A DNA stretch of 64,000 nucleotides from an uncultured Phycisphaerales bacterium (GTDB lineage Bacteria > Planctomycetota > Phycisphaerae > Tepidisphaerales > Tepidisphaeraceae): the NCBI GenBank assembly GCA_963844715.1, contig CAWJPJ010000007.1, positions 544,001 to 608,000 of the forward strand, written 5' to 3'. Both the position numbers and the translations under genes were made by a program. Of this stretch, positions 11,177 through 22,693 are shown piece by piece (position 1 is the stretch's first letter; every line of letters starts with the position of its first letter). The notes beneath the pieces are model-generated. The model saw only the letters and a list, made by a program, of their open reading frames with translations, did not search any database and was not told the origin of the DNA.

Positions 11177-12810
11177 ATGGTCGATGTCCTGATTCAGACC
11201 CATAACGAAGAACTCAATCTCCCCCACACGCTGGCAAGCGTAAAAGGCTGGGTAAACCGCGTCTTTGTCGTCGACAGCGGATCGAACGACAAAACGCGCG
11301 ATATCGCCCTATCTTATGGGGCGTCGTTCGTTTCCAAGGAATGGCAGGGTTACGCCCGCCAGAAGAACTGGGCGCTGGACAATCTGCCGTTCGAATCTCC
11401 GTGGGTTCTGATTCTCGACGCCGACGAGCGGGTGAGTCCGGACCTCAAGGAGGAGATCCTCCAGATCGTCACGCGGCCCGCGCAGAATGCCCCGTGCACG
11501 GGGTATTTCATCAATCGAGTCACCATCTTCATGGGGCGGAAGATCTGGCATTCGGCCTTCTTCCCATCGTGGAATCTGAGACTTTTCAAGCGAGGCCTGG
11601 CGCACTACGAAGAGCGCGAAGTCCACGAGCACATGATCGTGCGCGGGCGGACGGGTTATCTTAAACATCTCATCCTGCATGAAGACCGGCGCGGGTTGGA
11701 ACATTTCATCGCCAAGCATAATCGCTATTCGACGCTCGAGGCGCAGGGAGATTTTCCGGCAGCGGCAGCGTTGGCCGGGATGGAAAAATTTCTGGAACGA
11801 CCGCGTTTCGCGCCGCCGCTATGTCAAATATCGCCTGGCGCCGAAGCTGCCGATGCCGTGGATGCTGCGGTTCATTTATATGTATTTCGTCCGCGGCGGA
11901 ATTCTCGATCGCAGGCCGGGATTGACCCTTTGCCTGATGATCAGCACGTACGAATTGTTCATTCGCGCCAAATATATCGAACTGGTTCGCACGGAGGGTA
12001 AAGACCCCATGGGCGTCAGCGGTCTGGCGCTGGAGGAAGGAACCAGCGAACTTCCGCTGGCGGCACTTTCGACGATGCTTCCCGCGCCGGAAGTCTTGAG
12101 AGAGATCGAAGCCGCCGCGGCGGGCCAGATCGGCGCGATCATGGAAACCGCGGCCCGGGGGCAGCCCACGCCGATCTCTCCCCCCAAGGATCCGGGCGGC
12201 GCGACGGCATATCCGCCGGAAAAACTCGCGCTCGCCCCCGACGTCGCGGCGGCACCCTCCGCGCCCGGATCACGCGTTCAAAAACAACTCAGCCCCTGGA
12301 GAAAGATGGAAAACATCAAACGAGCCTTGTGGATGTTGGCACGGACGTTGTTGTTCCGCCCATCGTTTCACAACTGGTACGGATTCCGCCGGTCGCTGCT
12401 GGTCGCTTTCGGCGCCAAGTTGGGCAAGGGCGTGCGCATTCGGCCGACGGCACTCATTGAGATTCCGTGGAACTTGGATCTCGGCGATGACGTAATCATC
12501 GGCGACTACGCAATCCTCTACTCGCTGGGGAAGATAACCATCGGCCGGGGGGCGATTATCAGTCAGTATGCCGCATCTGTGCGCCGGCACTCACGATTTC
12601 ACCACGCGTCGTTTTCCGTTGCTGAAGCCGCCGATTGTGATAGGTGAGGAGGCCTGGATCGCCGCCGATGCTTTCGTGGGTCCGGGCGTGAAGATCGGAG
12701 ATCGCGCCGTAGTCGGGGCCCGAGCGACGGTGGTGAAGGACGTTCCCGCCGACCAGGTGGTCATTGGTCCGGCCGCAACATTCCTTAAACCTCGCGAATT
12801 GCGAGATTAA
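11177..12810 (+). CDS. GT2 glycosyltransferase fused to a WcaF-like hexapeptide O-acetyltransferase; frameshifts near 11745 and 12570
   Basis: GT2 part: QTHNEELN, VVDSGSND, QKNWAL, ILDADE, VHEH. After a Pro/Ala-rich linker: RRSLLVAFGAKLG, IEIPWNL, LCAGTHDF, IGEEAWIAADAFVGPG. Confidence 0.8.
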
Positions 12811-12998
12811 AGGATTAAATTGCAACTTCGGCGCTATGAATCTAAAATACTTGGAGTTTTCGAGGAAAACTTTGCCAGTTTAGGCCGCTTGGGATTCCAA
12901 ATAAGAGTATGATCGCGGCGTTATAACCGTACGGAGGCGGAGGCAGAACGAAGGGGGGCGGGCGATTCGCGGCATTTTTTCGGCCGCGTCGGGATGTC

Positions 12999-13853
12999 AT
13001 GCATCGACAAGTTCAAAGAGCGTTCGCGGACTACCTGTTTGCCATATGTACAGTCGTAGCGGCGGGCGCTTGCGTAATCGCGACCTCGCACTTCGATCCC
13101 CGCTTCAGAAGCCACGGAATTTTCGGATTTTTCTTGATCGCCGTCGCGTTGACCGCGTGGCGCGCCGGATTCGGGCCGGCGCTGCTGGCCATTATTCTCT
13201 CGGTGGGTACGGCTTCATACATCTTTATGCCGCCGGTGCGTTCGTTCAAGATGGAAAGCCCCGACGATGTCGCGCGCGTTGTTATATTTGTCATCGTGGC
13301 GATCATCATTAGCTCGCTGCACGTCGCGCGCGAGCGCGTGGAGAAAAAGCTCCAACAAAGCGAGCAGCGCCTCGGCTTCGCTCTTGAATCGTCCGGGGTG
13401 GGTTGTTGGGATGCGGACATCAAAGAGGGCCAGTTCTGGCGGTCTTCCAATCTGCCGGGCCTGTACGGTCGCAGCGAGTCGGATTTTGCGACAACTTACG
13501 AGGGATTTTTCGCCTACATCCATCCTGAAGATCGGGATTTTTTCCGGCTCGCCAGCGTCCAGGGCGGGCTGGTCTCGCGGACCTACGAGATCTCTCACCG
13601 GGTTGTGTGCAGCGACGGCACGTTCCGCAGGCTGCACACTCGCGGGAAAATGTATCTCGACCGCGAAGGGAAAATCGATCGCATGGTTGGGGCCGTCTAC
13701 GCGCTGGATGCGCCGCCGTTGAGGCCCGGCATTGCCGCCGCGCTTCAGGGGCGAGAGCCCGCACTGAGCGGCTTGACGGGCGCCGGCGAGTCCGAGAAGG
13801 CTCGTCCCCCGATGGAAAGCGTCGGCGAAATCAGTTCGGCGCCGCCCGCTTAG
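12999..13853 (+). CDS. DUF4118 (KdpD-like membrane sensor) plus PAS domain protein with no output domain
   Basis: Four TM segments with GFGPALLA and FMPP. PAS/PAC motifs FAYIHPEDR and HTRGKMYLDREGKIDRMVG. No HisKA seen. Confidence 0.7.
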   Translation: MHRQVQRAFADYLFAICTVVAAGACVIATSHFDPRFRSHGIFGFFLIAVALTAWRAGFGPALLAIILSVGTASYIFMPPVRSFKMESPDDVARVVIFVIVAIIISSLHVARERVEKKLQQSEQRLGFALESSGVGCWDADIKEGQFWRSSNLPGLYGRSESDFATTYEGFFAYIHPEDRDFFRLASVQGGLVSRTYEISHRVVCSDGTFRRLHTRGKMYLDREGKIDRMVGAVYALDAPPLRPGIAAALQGREPALSGLTGAGESEKARPPMESVGEISSAPPA

Positions 13854-15009
13854 CGACGTGCGCGTCGTAAGCCCGAATCATTTGCCCGGCGACGCTCGGC
13901 CAGGTGAATCGGCTGGTTACCAACTCGCGACCCGCTTTTCCCATCATTGAAGCTTGCTCGGCGCTGCCCAGAACCGTCATCAATCCGGCCGCGATATCGG
14001 TCGCGTTCAGGTCGGTAATCACGCCGGCGCCGGCTTCCCGCACTTCGGGGAAGTGGCAGCTTGTGGAGATCACCACCGGCGCCCGGCAGGCCATCGCCTC
14101 GGTCACCGCCAGGCTGAACCCTTCCTGGCGGCTTGGAAGACAGAAGCAATCGCAATCCACCAGCGCCGAAAGCTTCTCCGGCCCATAGATCGGGCCGATC
14201 AAATGGACCTTGTCCTCCAAGCGCAGACGCCGAATCTGGGATTCAAAATCCGATTTCGCCCCGCCATCCGGTCCGGCGATCACGAGCTGCGCTTCGGGAT
14301 ATCGAACCGCCACCTGTGCGAACGCATCGGCGAGAAAATCCAAACCTTTTTTGTAATGAAGACGCGACAGAAAGAGTACAAACGGCCGGTCTCCCAGCCA
14401 GGGCCGCGATGCTCGAAAGCCCCCCTCGGCGGGGAGCGGATCCAATTCTTCCAGGAAAATTCCGTTGGGAATGACCTCGGCTTTGGCGGTAAGCCCGAGG
14501 TCTTTAACCAGATCGCGCTCGTCGGTGTTAAGGAAATGCAGGAACGCGGCGCGATTCAACATTTTGCGATATCCGAGAATGAGCGCCAGCCGTTTCTTCC
14601 AGCCTTTTTGGGAGATTGCCCAAGGGTCCAGCATTCCGTGGGGCGTCAGAACGTAGTCGATTCCGAGCTTCTGCGCTTCCGATGCGGCGGCATAAATCAA
14701 CGGATCCCACACACCGTGCAGGTGGATCACGTCGGCGTTGCCGACCAGCGGTTCCAGGCGCTTTCTAGCGTCCAGGGCCAGAAACCTTTCCTTTCGGGTC
14801 AGCGGAGGAAGGAAATCGAGACGAACGCTGGCGATGCCGGGAATCGTGCCCAGATCGGCTTCGACGTTTGCCTGCGCGTCGGGGAAGCGATAGCTGACAA
14901 GGTTGACCTGGCAGCCGGCGGCGGATTGCGCCGCCGCCAGGCGCGCCGCAACGACCGGCGGGCCACCGGTTGCCGGGTCCAGCGAGGGAATGACGTGTGA
15001 CACTCTCAT
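13831..15009 (-). CDS. Glycosyltransferase family 4
   Basis: HVIPSLDPATGGP, HLHGVW, TPHGMLDPW, FLSRLHYKKGLD, PSRQEGFSLAVTEAMA. Confidence 0.92.
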   Translation of the reverse strand: MRVSHVIPSLDPATGGPPVVAARLAAAQSAAGCQVNLVSYRFPDAQANVEADLGTIPGIASVRLDFLPPLTRKERFLALDARKRLEPLVGNADVIHLHGVWDPLIYAAASEAQKLGIDYVLTPHGMLDPWAISQKGWKKRLALILGYRKMLNRAAFLHFLNTDERDLVKDLGLTAKAEVIPNGIFLEELDPLPAEGGFRASRPWLGDRPFVLFLSRLHYKKGLDFLADAFAQVAVRYPEAQLVIAGPDGGAKSDFESQIRRLRLEDKVHLIGPIYGPEKLSALVDCDCFCLPSRQEGFSLAVTEAMACRAPVVISTSCHFPEVREAGAGVITDLNATDIAAGLMTVLGSAEQASMMGKAGRELVTSRFTWPSVAGQMIRAYDAHVAKRAAPN

Positions 15010-15167
15010 CCGATCGCTATTGAATTATCCTTATGCATGCTGGACCAGAGACTCGCACCGGCTATCTCGTAAGATTGTGGACGGATCGCGACACCGGCCG
15101 TATTCTACCAAGCAAGAATGGCGCATCCTATCCGCCAGCGAGGCCCGGGAAGCGGAGTTAAGGCGTA

Positions 15168-17416
15168 GTGAGAAGCGTATTTAAGCCCATCGGCCGCGCG
15201 GTCAAATACGGCGTGCTCAAGCGGCGCGCCGAGCGCGCAAGTCGCCAACCTTCCTGACAAACCGCGTCCGGATTTGCCCAGGGCCGCGTTTCTGATCGGC
15301 TGTGGAAGATCGGGAACCACAATCGTCGGGGAAATCCTGGATCGGCATCCGCAGATCAAGTACTACTTCGAGCCTTACCACCTCTGGGCGACGATCGACC
15401 CGAATATCGACGTCCTGAATTTGTACCACTCGGGCTCGGCGCGTTTTCTTCTGGACGCCAAGAATTTCCATCCGGACGCCCAAAAGCGATTCAATCGGTT
15501 GATCCTCGAACCGGCCATGGATGCGGGAAAGTCCGTCGCCGTCGAGAAAACCCCGTTTAACGCGGTGCGGATCGGCTATCTCGACCAGCTCCATCCGGGC
15601 GCCAAATATGTTCATCTGATTCGCGACGGCGTGGATGTGGCCCGCTCGATCGACCGTCTTTCCAAAGACCAATCGTATCGAATTGTCGGCAAGCCGGCTC
15701 TCAATCGCTGGTGGGGGCGCAGCGGATGCAAGTGGACAGCCCTGGCCGAAGATGGGGTTGAGGCGGGCTATTTTCCCGACGAAGTGCGCTCTGCTGCGCA
15801 GCTACGCCTCCAAAGGGGCATACGAATGGGTGGTGAGCCTGGGCGAAGTGGACCGCTGGCGCGACCGGCTCGGCGACCGGTTGCTCGAGATGACGTACGA
15901 CTACCTGACCGCCAATCCTGAGATAGCGATCAAGCGCATCTGCGAATTCCTGAGTTTGCCCGTTATTACGCCCTGGCTGCAAGCATCGATGCGCAGGATT
16001 GACGCCGCGCGGCGGAACCGAGGCGAACCGCTCGTCCTGCCGCCGCGAGTTTGCGAGACCTTCAACCAGCTTCAGGAGCGATACGGCTTCCTCGGCCGCG
16101 CCGTTCCGGGGATGCCCTGGGAATCGAAGGTCCAGATCGCCATCATATCCAACGAACCGACGCCCTATCGCGTGCACGTCCTCAATCGGCTCTCGCGGGA
16201 ACTTCCCGGTGTTCACGTGCACAACGTCTTCACCCACACGATTTCCAATCCGAGCATGCCGTGGGAGATGCAGATCGGCCCCAACGTCAATCCGGTTTTC
16301 TTTCCGCGGCATCACCTGCGTGTGCACAGGCCGGCGTCCTTTCGTTCAATCCCGCTCTTTTTGGCGATTCGAAGCTACCTTCGCACCAAAGACGTGCAGA
16401 TGGTGATTCTGCTCGGTTACAACGATCTGACCCGCATGCTGCTGATGATGTGGATTCGCCGTCGCGGGATCCCAATGCTTCTGGCGGGTGATTCCAACGT
16501 TTTTGCCGAGGGAAGAATTTCGTCGCTGGTGCGATTCATCAAACGCCGGTATGTCGGCTGGGTGCTCAAGCAGGTCAACGGAATCATGCCGATGGGCACG
16601 TGCGGGCGGGCGTTTTTCCGGCTTTATCGCGATCACAATCTCCCCGAATTTCTCTTCCCGTACGAGCCGGATTACTCAGGGCTTCGACGGCCTGATCCCG
16701 CTAAATTAAAGTCCTTCGGCGAAAAGTACGGCTTAGCGCCGGATCGAAAGCGATTGCTCTACTGCGGCCGGCTCGTCCGCGTCAAAAGGGTCGACGTAAT
16801 CCTTCAGGCTTTTGCGCGAATCGCGACGGCCCGACCGCAATGGGATTTGGTCATCGCGGGTGACGGGCCGCTGCGAAAGGAATTGGAAAAGCGTTTCCCG
16901 CCGGTTTTGAAGAATCGCGTGAAGTGGCTGGGTTTTCTTCAATTCGATCAAATTATCCTTTCGTATCACGCATGCGATGTCCTGGTTCATGCCAGCGAAT
17001 ATGAGCCGTGGGGATTGGTGATCAATGAGGCGGTGGCGTGCGGATTGCCGGTGATTTCCACATCGGTGGTGGGAGCGGCGGTGGAACTGGTCCAGCATCA
17101 GCGCAACGGCCTGATCGTTCCGCCGCGAAACGTCGAGGCGCTTACCGATGCGATGTGGCAGATAACCCAGGGCGATCGCTATCAAGAAATGAGCCAGCAT
17201 TCGGCCGAAATGCTCGACGCCTGGCGAAAAGGCGCCGACCCGGTGGACGGCGTTGTGCAGGCGATGCGTCATTTTGCATTGATCTGGCGCGAGCCGGCGG
17301 GTCAGCCCGCGCCGTCAGGGTCGGACATCGAGACGGTTGCCGCCGGCGCCGTACAGCGCCGGTGGCCGCACAATCGGGTTCGTGAGATCGGCGCTCAAAT
17401 GGCGGTTCAATCGTGA
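15168..17416 (+). CDS. Sulfotransferase fused to a GT4 glycosyltransferase; frameshifts near 15235 and 15790; start approximate
   Basis: Sulfotransferase part: IGCGRSGTT (5'-PSB), FEP, EKTP, HLIRDGVDVARS (3'-PB), YDYLTANP. In frame with GT4 motifs NEPTPYR, CGRLVRVKR, EPWGLVINEAVACG. Confidence 0.78.
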
Positions 17417-18446
17417 TCAGAATTCATTTCTCTGGTTTTCGCGCCGGTTTGGAGCCACTCGATCTGGCCTGCGCGTTGGGGGTCGGCGGTTTTCCGCCCC
17501 AACGCGGCCCGAAAGGCCCTGAAGAGGGGAAGAACGATCGACTCAATCGCGAGGCGAGAAACCATTTCGAAGCGGTTGACGCCGATCGCGCCGATGTTTT
17601 TTTCTTTCCGTACCGGGCCCACGATTTTCCCGACGACGTCGGGGGCGCCTCAGCCGAGGCAGCGCGTCGCGGGGTTCCGTTTGTGTGCCTTTCGTGGGGA
17701 GATGCCGACGATCCGATTTCGCTGTCGCACGGGATGGTTTTGCGGCATTCACTATACCGCGACCGGCTTCTTCCCTGCGAGCGAGCGGCGCCGGCGCCGT
17801 GCTCGGATCCCCTTGCCGAACTGGGACGGCGTCTTGGAGATCCGCGAGAAAAAAGAATTGCCCTCGGTCGGCTTTTGCGGATATGTGAGCAATCCGCTGT
17901 ACCGGGCGGCGTATCGCCTGACCGGACGGGTCGAAAAAGCGCGAGGTTTGTCTCTTCGCGCCGCCGCGCTGGCGGCGCCTGCGCCGAACGCCGGGGCTGC
18001 GGACGGATTTCCTGACGCGGAATGCCTACTGGGCCGGCGCGGTGAAAGCAGGCGGCCCCGATCCTCAGATCAAATTTCGTGCCCGCGCCCAATTCCTGGA
18101 AAATCTGATGGGCAACGATTACACGCTTTGCATCCGGGGGGCGGGGAATTTTTCGTATCGTCTTTACGAGACCCTCGCCGCCGGACGCATACCGCTTTTC
18201 ATCAACACGCAATGCGTTCTGCCGATGGAGGATCGAATTGACTGGAAAAGCCATTGTGTTTGGGTGGAGGAGTCGCAGATGTCCGAGGCGGGGGCGATTC
18301 TCAAGGCGTTTCACGCCGCTCTCACGCCGGAAAGATTCGCGGATCTACAGCGCCGGAACCGGGAATTGTGGGAGCGATCGCTGAATTCGCTCGATTTTTA
18401 TCGCGAATTACTCGAAAGCATGGTTGCGCCGAAAACGGCGGCTTGA
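17413..18446 (+). CDS. Exostosin-like (GT47) protein; several frameshifts
   Basis: PSVGFCG in the middle fragment. C-terminal YTLCIRGAGNFSYRLYETLAAGRIPLFIN...LPMEDRIDW matches the exostosin C-terminal signature. Confidence 0.7.
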
Positions 18447-19624
18447 TAAAGCCCTTCTATTTGCCGAAATATCGCTTCAAAGTCAGGGCGTGCTTTTCCA
18501 GCAGATTCCAACTTGCGAGGGCAAGAAGGATCGTCGTAACCATGCACAGTGCCGCAAACGTGAGCGGCACCAGGATCGACGCATGAAATCGCGCTCGCAG
18601 AATAGGCAGCAGAAGGTTGGCCGCCGCGGTCACCACCAGGGGGTGAATGATATACAGCCCGTAGGAGTATTTGCCGAAGAACGCCAGTATTCGGCCGTTG
18701 AGAATTCTGTAAAGCAGCGTTTTGGGCTGCAGTTACAGCGGTTGCCATGATTCCGCCGCACATAAGATCAAGAAAGAAAAAGCCAAAGGTGCTCATTTTG
18801 TGGCCGTTGAAGCTGGTATCCCAGCTCCAAAGGATTGCCAGAACGAAACCGGCCGTCCCCAGGATAATGAAGGCGCGCGTCCAGGTTCGGATCGACTCCA
18901 GCCCGCGGTTTTTATAGACGACCGCTAATCCCGCGCCGATGCATAGTCCCTCGAGCCGGCAGGGCGTCAACGTGTAGAAAAAGAGCGAGTTTCGCACGCC
19001 ACAGCGCCACGCGATGCATCGAAGCGCAAGAGACCCCGCGATGAGCGCATAAATGATCCACGGTAAAAGACGCGGCCGAATAAAGCGAATGACCGTCGGC
19101 CAGCATAAATAGAAGTGTTCCTCGACGGCCAGAGACCAGAACAATCCCATTGCCGGGAAAATCCAGCCGCGCCGCGCAACCAAGTAATTGGCGCCATAAA
19201 AAACCCACCATGGCCAGGTTGCGACGGTTCGGTCCAGATGGGGAATAATCCGGTTGCCGCTGATTTTGTAAATCAGCAGCATCGCCAGAAGGAAGACGTA
19301 ATAGAGCGGAAAGATGCGAAGCGCCCGGCGAGCGTAAAAGTTCGAGAAATACTTGGGCGCATTTCGCGCGTCCAGCAAAATTCCGGTGATCAGGAATCCG
19401 GAGATGACGAAAAATAAATCAACGCCGATCCAGCCGACGTGAAACGGTTTGAAGATTCTTGCGAATCCCGACTCGTTACTGAAATGAAATCCGAGCACGC
19501 CCAGGATGGCGACCCCGCGGAGGCCGTCCAGCCCGGGGATGATTTTTTGCGCGGACTTGCCCGGGTGGGCCGACAGGATTTCCCGCGACTGGTTCGAAGG
19601 TGAGTCGGCGAGGGACGAATTCAA
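18398..19624 (-). CDS. Acyltransferase family 3 (OafA-like); probable C-terminal frameshift
   Basis: LDGLRGVAIL, GVDLFFVISGFLI, FYARRALRIFPLYY, WSLAVEEHFY. Confidence 0.92.
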   Translation of the reverse strand: MNSSLADSPSNQSREILSAHPGKSAQKIIPGLDGLRGVAILGVLGFHFSNESGFARIFKPFHVGWIGVDLFFVISGFLITGILLDARNAPKYFSNFYARRALRIFPLYYVFLLAMLLIYKISGNRIIPHLDRTVATWPWWVFYGANYLVARRGWIFPAMGLFWSLAVEEHFYLCWPTVIRFIRPRLLPWIIYALIAGSLALRCIAWRCGVRNSLFFYTLTPCRLEGLCIGAGLAVVYKNRGLESIRTWTRAFIILGTAGFVLAILWSWDTSFNGHKMSTFGFFFLDLMCGGIMATAVTAAQNAALQNSQRPNTGVLRQILLRAVYHSPPGGDRGGQPSAAYSASAISCVDPGAAHVCGTVHGYDDPSCPRKLESAGKARPDFEAIFRQIEGLYQAAVFGATMLSSNSR

Positions 19625-19660
19625 GCGGACGGGCTCCCAATCGCAAAATGCTCCGCGACA

Positions 19661-20853
19661 TCAGCGCGCCTTCCACGCACGCAAAACATTTTTGACGCGT
19701 TCGGGCACATAGGCGCGCAGGCCACGGCTAAATGCGCGCGGGTAATTCCAACGTCGTATATCCAACGGCGGGGCGACGAATGGCGGATTTTGCCTCAGGT
19801 CGGAAAACAGTTTTTGCCAAACGGTTCCGGCCGTGAGGCAATCAAATCTTATCCTCACCTCCTCGATGGCGGCATCCGAACAACGGCGCAACAGTTGCCG
19901 ATCTTCGGCCAGCTTTCTGATGTGCCCGGCGGCAGCCGCGGGGTCATCAACCGGGAAAAGGAAACCGGATTTTTCCGCCGTAACGACATAGTCGGTGATT
20001 CCGCGAAGTTTGGAGCATACCGGAACGCATCCCGCGGCCATGGCTTCCAGAAGAGTCGCCGGCAGACCCTCGTAGCGCGTGGGAAAAACGAGGACATCAT
20101 GCCCCATCAGCATGCGCGGGATATCATCCTGTCTGACCGCCGGGTGAAATGTCACGCGCGAGCCGAACGCTTGGCAACGGCGACGAAGTTCTTCCAGATC
20201 GGGACCGTCGCCAATCACGCTTAGAGTCACATCCAGATCCGACAGTTTCTGCATGATGCGCGGCAAATTGAATATTCCCTTTTGCCCTTCGGCGATGCGC
20301 CCAAAGTAGACCAGTCTTAAAGATGTTGAAGACGAACGCTCAGGCAGGGCTTTGAACGGGGTGAGATTGATCGCCCCGCAAACAATCGTCCAGTTTGGAT
20401 TGAATCCGTACTGTTCCAGCAAATCGTCGCGCATGCGCGCGCCAGCGCCACGGTGGCGTGAATGGAATCCCGCACGGCTCTACAGAGCCGATAGGTCCCG
20501 CTTCCCATCATGCCGACGACCACTACGCGGCGGACGGTTTCCGGAAGGTACCGAGCCACATTCATTAAGCTGCGATCCTGCGGGAAATTGTTAACGATGA
20601 CGTCGTATTCTTGATCGAGGATGTGGCGGACGACGGTCTTGCCGATCGTGTCCTGATCGACGGTGTCTCCGGCGACGACCTCACCGAACGGGGATTCGCA
20701 TTGCCACGCCGGGTCGCGCATGGTATCGGCAGCCCATCGGCCGTGCCCGATCCAACGAATCGCCAGGCCGTGCGCTGCCAGGCCGGTACGAATGTTCCGA
20801 TAAAGGGTGAAATGTCCGTAGGGTCCGGGCGAACCGAGATACCCGATTTTCAT
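19661..20853 (-). CDS. Glycosyltransferase family 4; frameshifted near 20440
   Basis: YFGRIAEGQKG, PTRYEGLPATLLEAMAAGCVPV; N-terminal half lies in ORF 20317..20859. Confidence 0.85.
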
Positions 20854-20855
20854 CG

Positions 20856-22495
20856 TCAAGCCGCCTCGGCGGGGGAATAGACTGGGGCGCCTGAGCCGGC
20901 GAAGGCGCGGATGACCAGAATGCCGATGGTGCCGAAGAGAGTGCCGATCAGAACCGGATACAGGTCATGTGGCGTGAGATCGCGAAAGGCGCGGAACAGG
21001 TAGGTGGCCACGCCCAACGAAAGCATCAGCGCGAAAGGCTTATGAAGATTGACAAAAAGGCATCGCTCGGCGATTTTGCACCAGTATCCGAACAGGAGGC
21101 CCATTTCGATAACGCCTGGCCAGCCATAGTTCATGTATGCCAGGGCGGAGATGGAGGGGGCCACGGTTCCCCCACCTTTTGAGTTGCCCTGCTCATCATT
21201 GGTGGCGGTGCCACCGCTCATTTGCTGGTTGTACCAACTGCCGACCGCCGTTGCGCCGGGCTTGTCGTGCCATAGAGGCGCGGGATCCAGCCGATTCCGA
21301 ATCGAAACGCCACGTCCGGATAGGGCATGACAAATTGAGCGCCGGGAAAGTAGTCCGAAACAAAGTTGAATTCTGTCGGAAAGGATTGGTATCCCAGCAA
21401 CCCTTCACTGAACATGTCGTTGCCGCGGTTCTGGAATAAGCCGATGTTGGAGACGGATAACTCCGACGAGGCGAAGCCTTCGTTTCGATATTTTCCCTGG
21501 ACCTGCACAAAAAACAGCGCGGTGAGCATAACAATCGAGGTGTATAGAATCGCGCGCTTGCTGAATCGCCTTAGATAAGCGGCCGCCCGCGTGGAATATT
21601 GGAGGAATATGACGCCGGCCGCCGGAAGCACGTTGAACAGAAATTCGCCGCGCGATCCGCCGCCGAAACTCAAAAGCGTCCAGTAAAGCCAGATCGCGAG
21701 ACAGATGACTTTGCTGGTCCTGCCTCCGGGGATCATGATGAAATAAAAGAAGGCCAGAAGACCGCCGGTTTCGCCGATCTGAACCACCTGCGCCAGATAG
21801 CCGCCCCAGCTATAGTTGTAGTTTCCTGTGCGGCCGGCCGTGAACTGAACGCCGACTCCGGATCGCCCACCAATAATGCCATCGTAAATGTTGACAAAAA
21901 AGTTTCCGCGAGTGAAGAAGACGTAGGGGATAAGTCCAACGGCGAACATGAGCAAGATCGCGAGAAAGTAAGTTCGGCTGGAAGGCGGTTCGGGAATGCG
22001 GTAAGTGAGCCGTACGATCCACCGCGGAGGCTTAAGCAACAATCCGACCGAAGCGGACATGACGAACAACAACGTAAAGAACGCCGCCTTGGCGACGGTG
22101 CCGCGGCTGTACTCCGCAAGTCCGCCCGCGTAATTCAGGTTGAACCAATGGACCATGTAGTCGTTCATGTACCAGACTAGAGTTCCGCCGAAGAGAACCA
22201 ATCCCCCTACACCGAAGCGGCGAGAGAAGGACCGCATTTCGGCCAAAACGAAAACTATGCACACGACCATGGCCGAGAACATTGCAAAGTCGGTCAGGAG
22301 AGGAGTTCCATTGGACAGCCACGAGATGCCTGCAAAAAGGACTGGCACCCCAAATAGAAGCGGAATCCATTTTGGCCGGTCCGCGGGGGCGGAAAAGGGT
22401 GATGCGGCCGCGTGCGTCTGCACGGGTGCCCCGGCGGCATAGTCCATTTCCGGCGCGCCGTATTCCGGGATGTCGTCGATGGAGAAGTCGGTCAT
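20856..22495 (-). CDS. Wzy-like polysaccharide polymerase (multi-TM); frameshifted near 21250
   Basis: About 10 TM segments, GGSRGEFL motif, periplasmic loop, then IPR..W and YMNYGWPGV. Located within a GT cluster. Confidence 0.65.
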
Positions 22496-22576
22496 TTTAG
22501 CGGTTCCGCAGCCAATTCATCGGTCGAGTAAGCATTCCCCTCCAGCGTGCGGCCGCCGTGCCAAGCTGTAGGTCCC

Positions 22577-22604
22577 ATTATAACACCGCGGCCCCTGCCG
22601 GCAA
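22577..22604 (-). promoter_or_regulatory. Putative sigma70 promoter for the wzy-like gene
   Basis: Minus strand TTGCCG, 16 nt spacer, TATAAT. Confidence 0.5.
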
Positions 22605-22693
22605 AAAGGACTTTGCGGAAGAGGGGATCGCATTTATCGGGGTAAAAACGGTCTCTCCACGGCTTTTCACGCGCGTTGGGGCAAGAAGTTACA

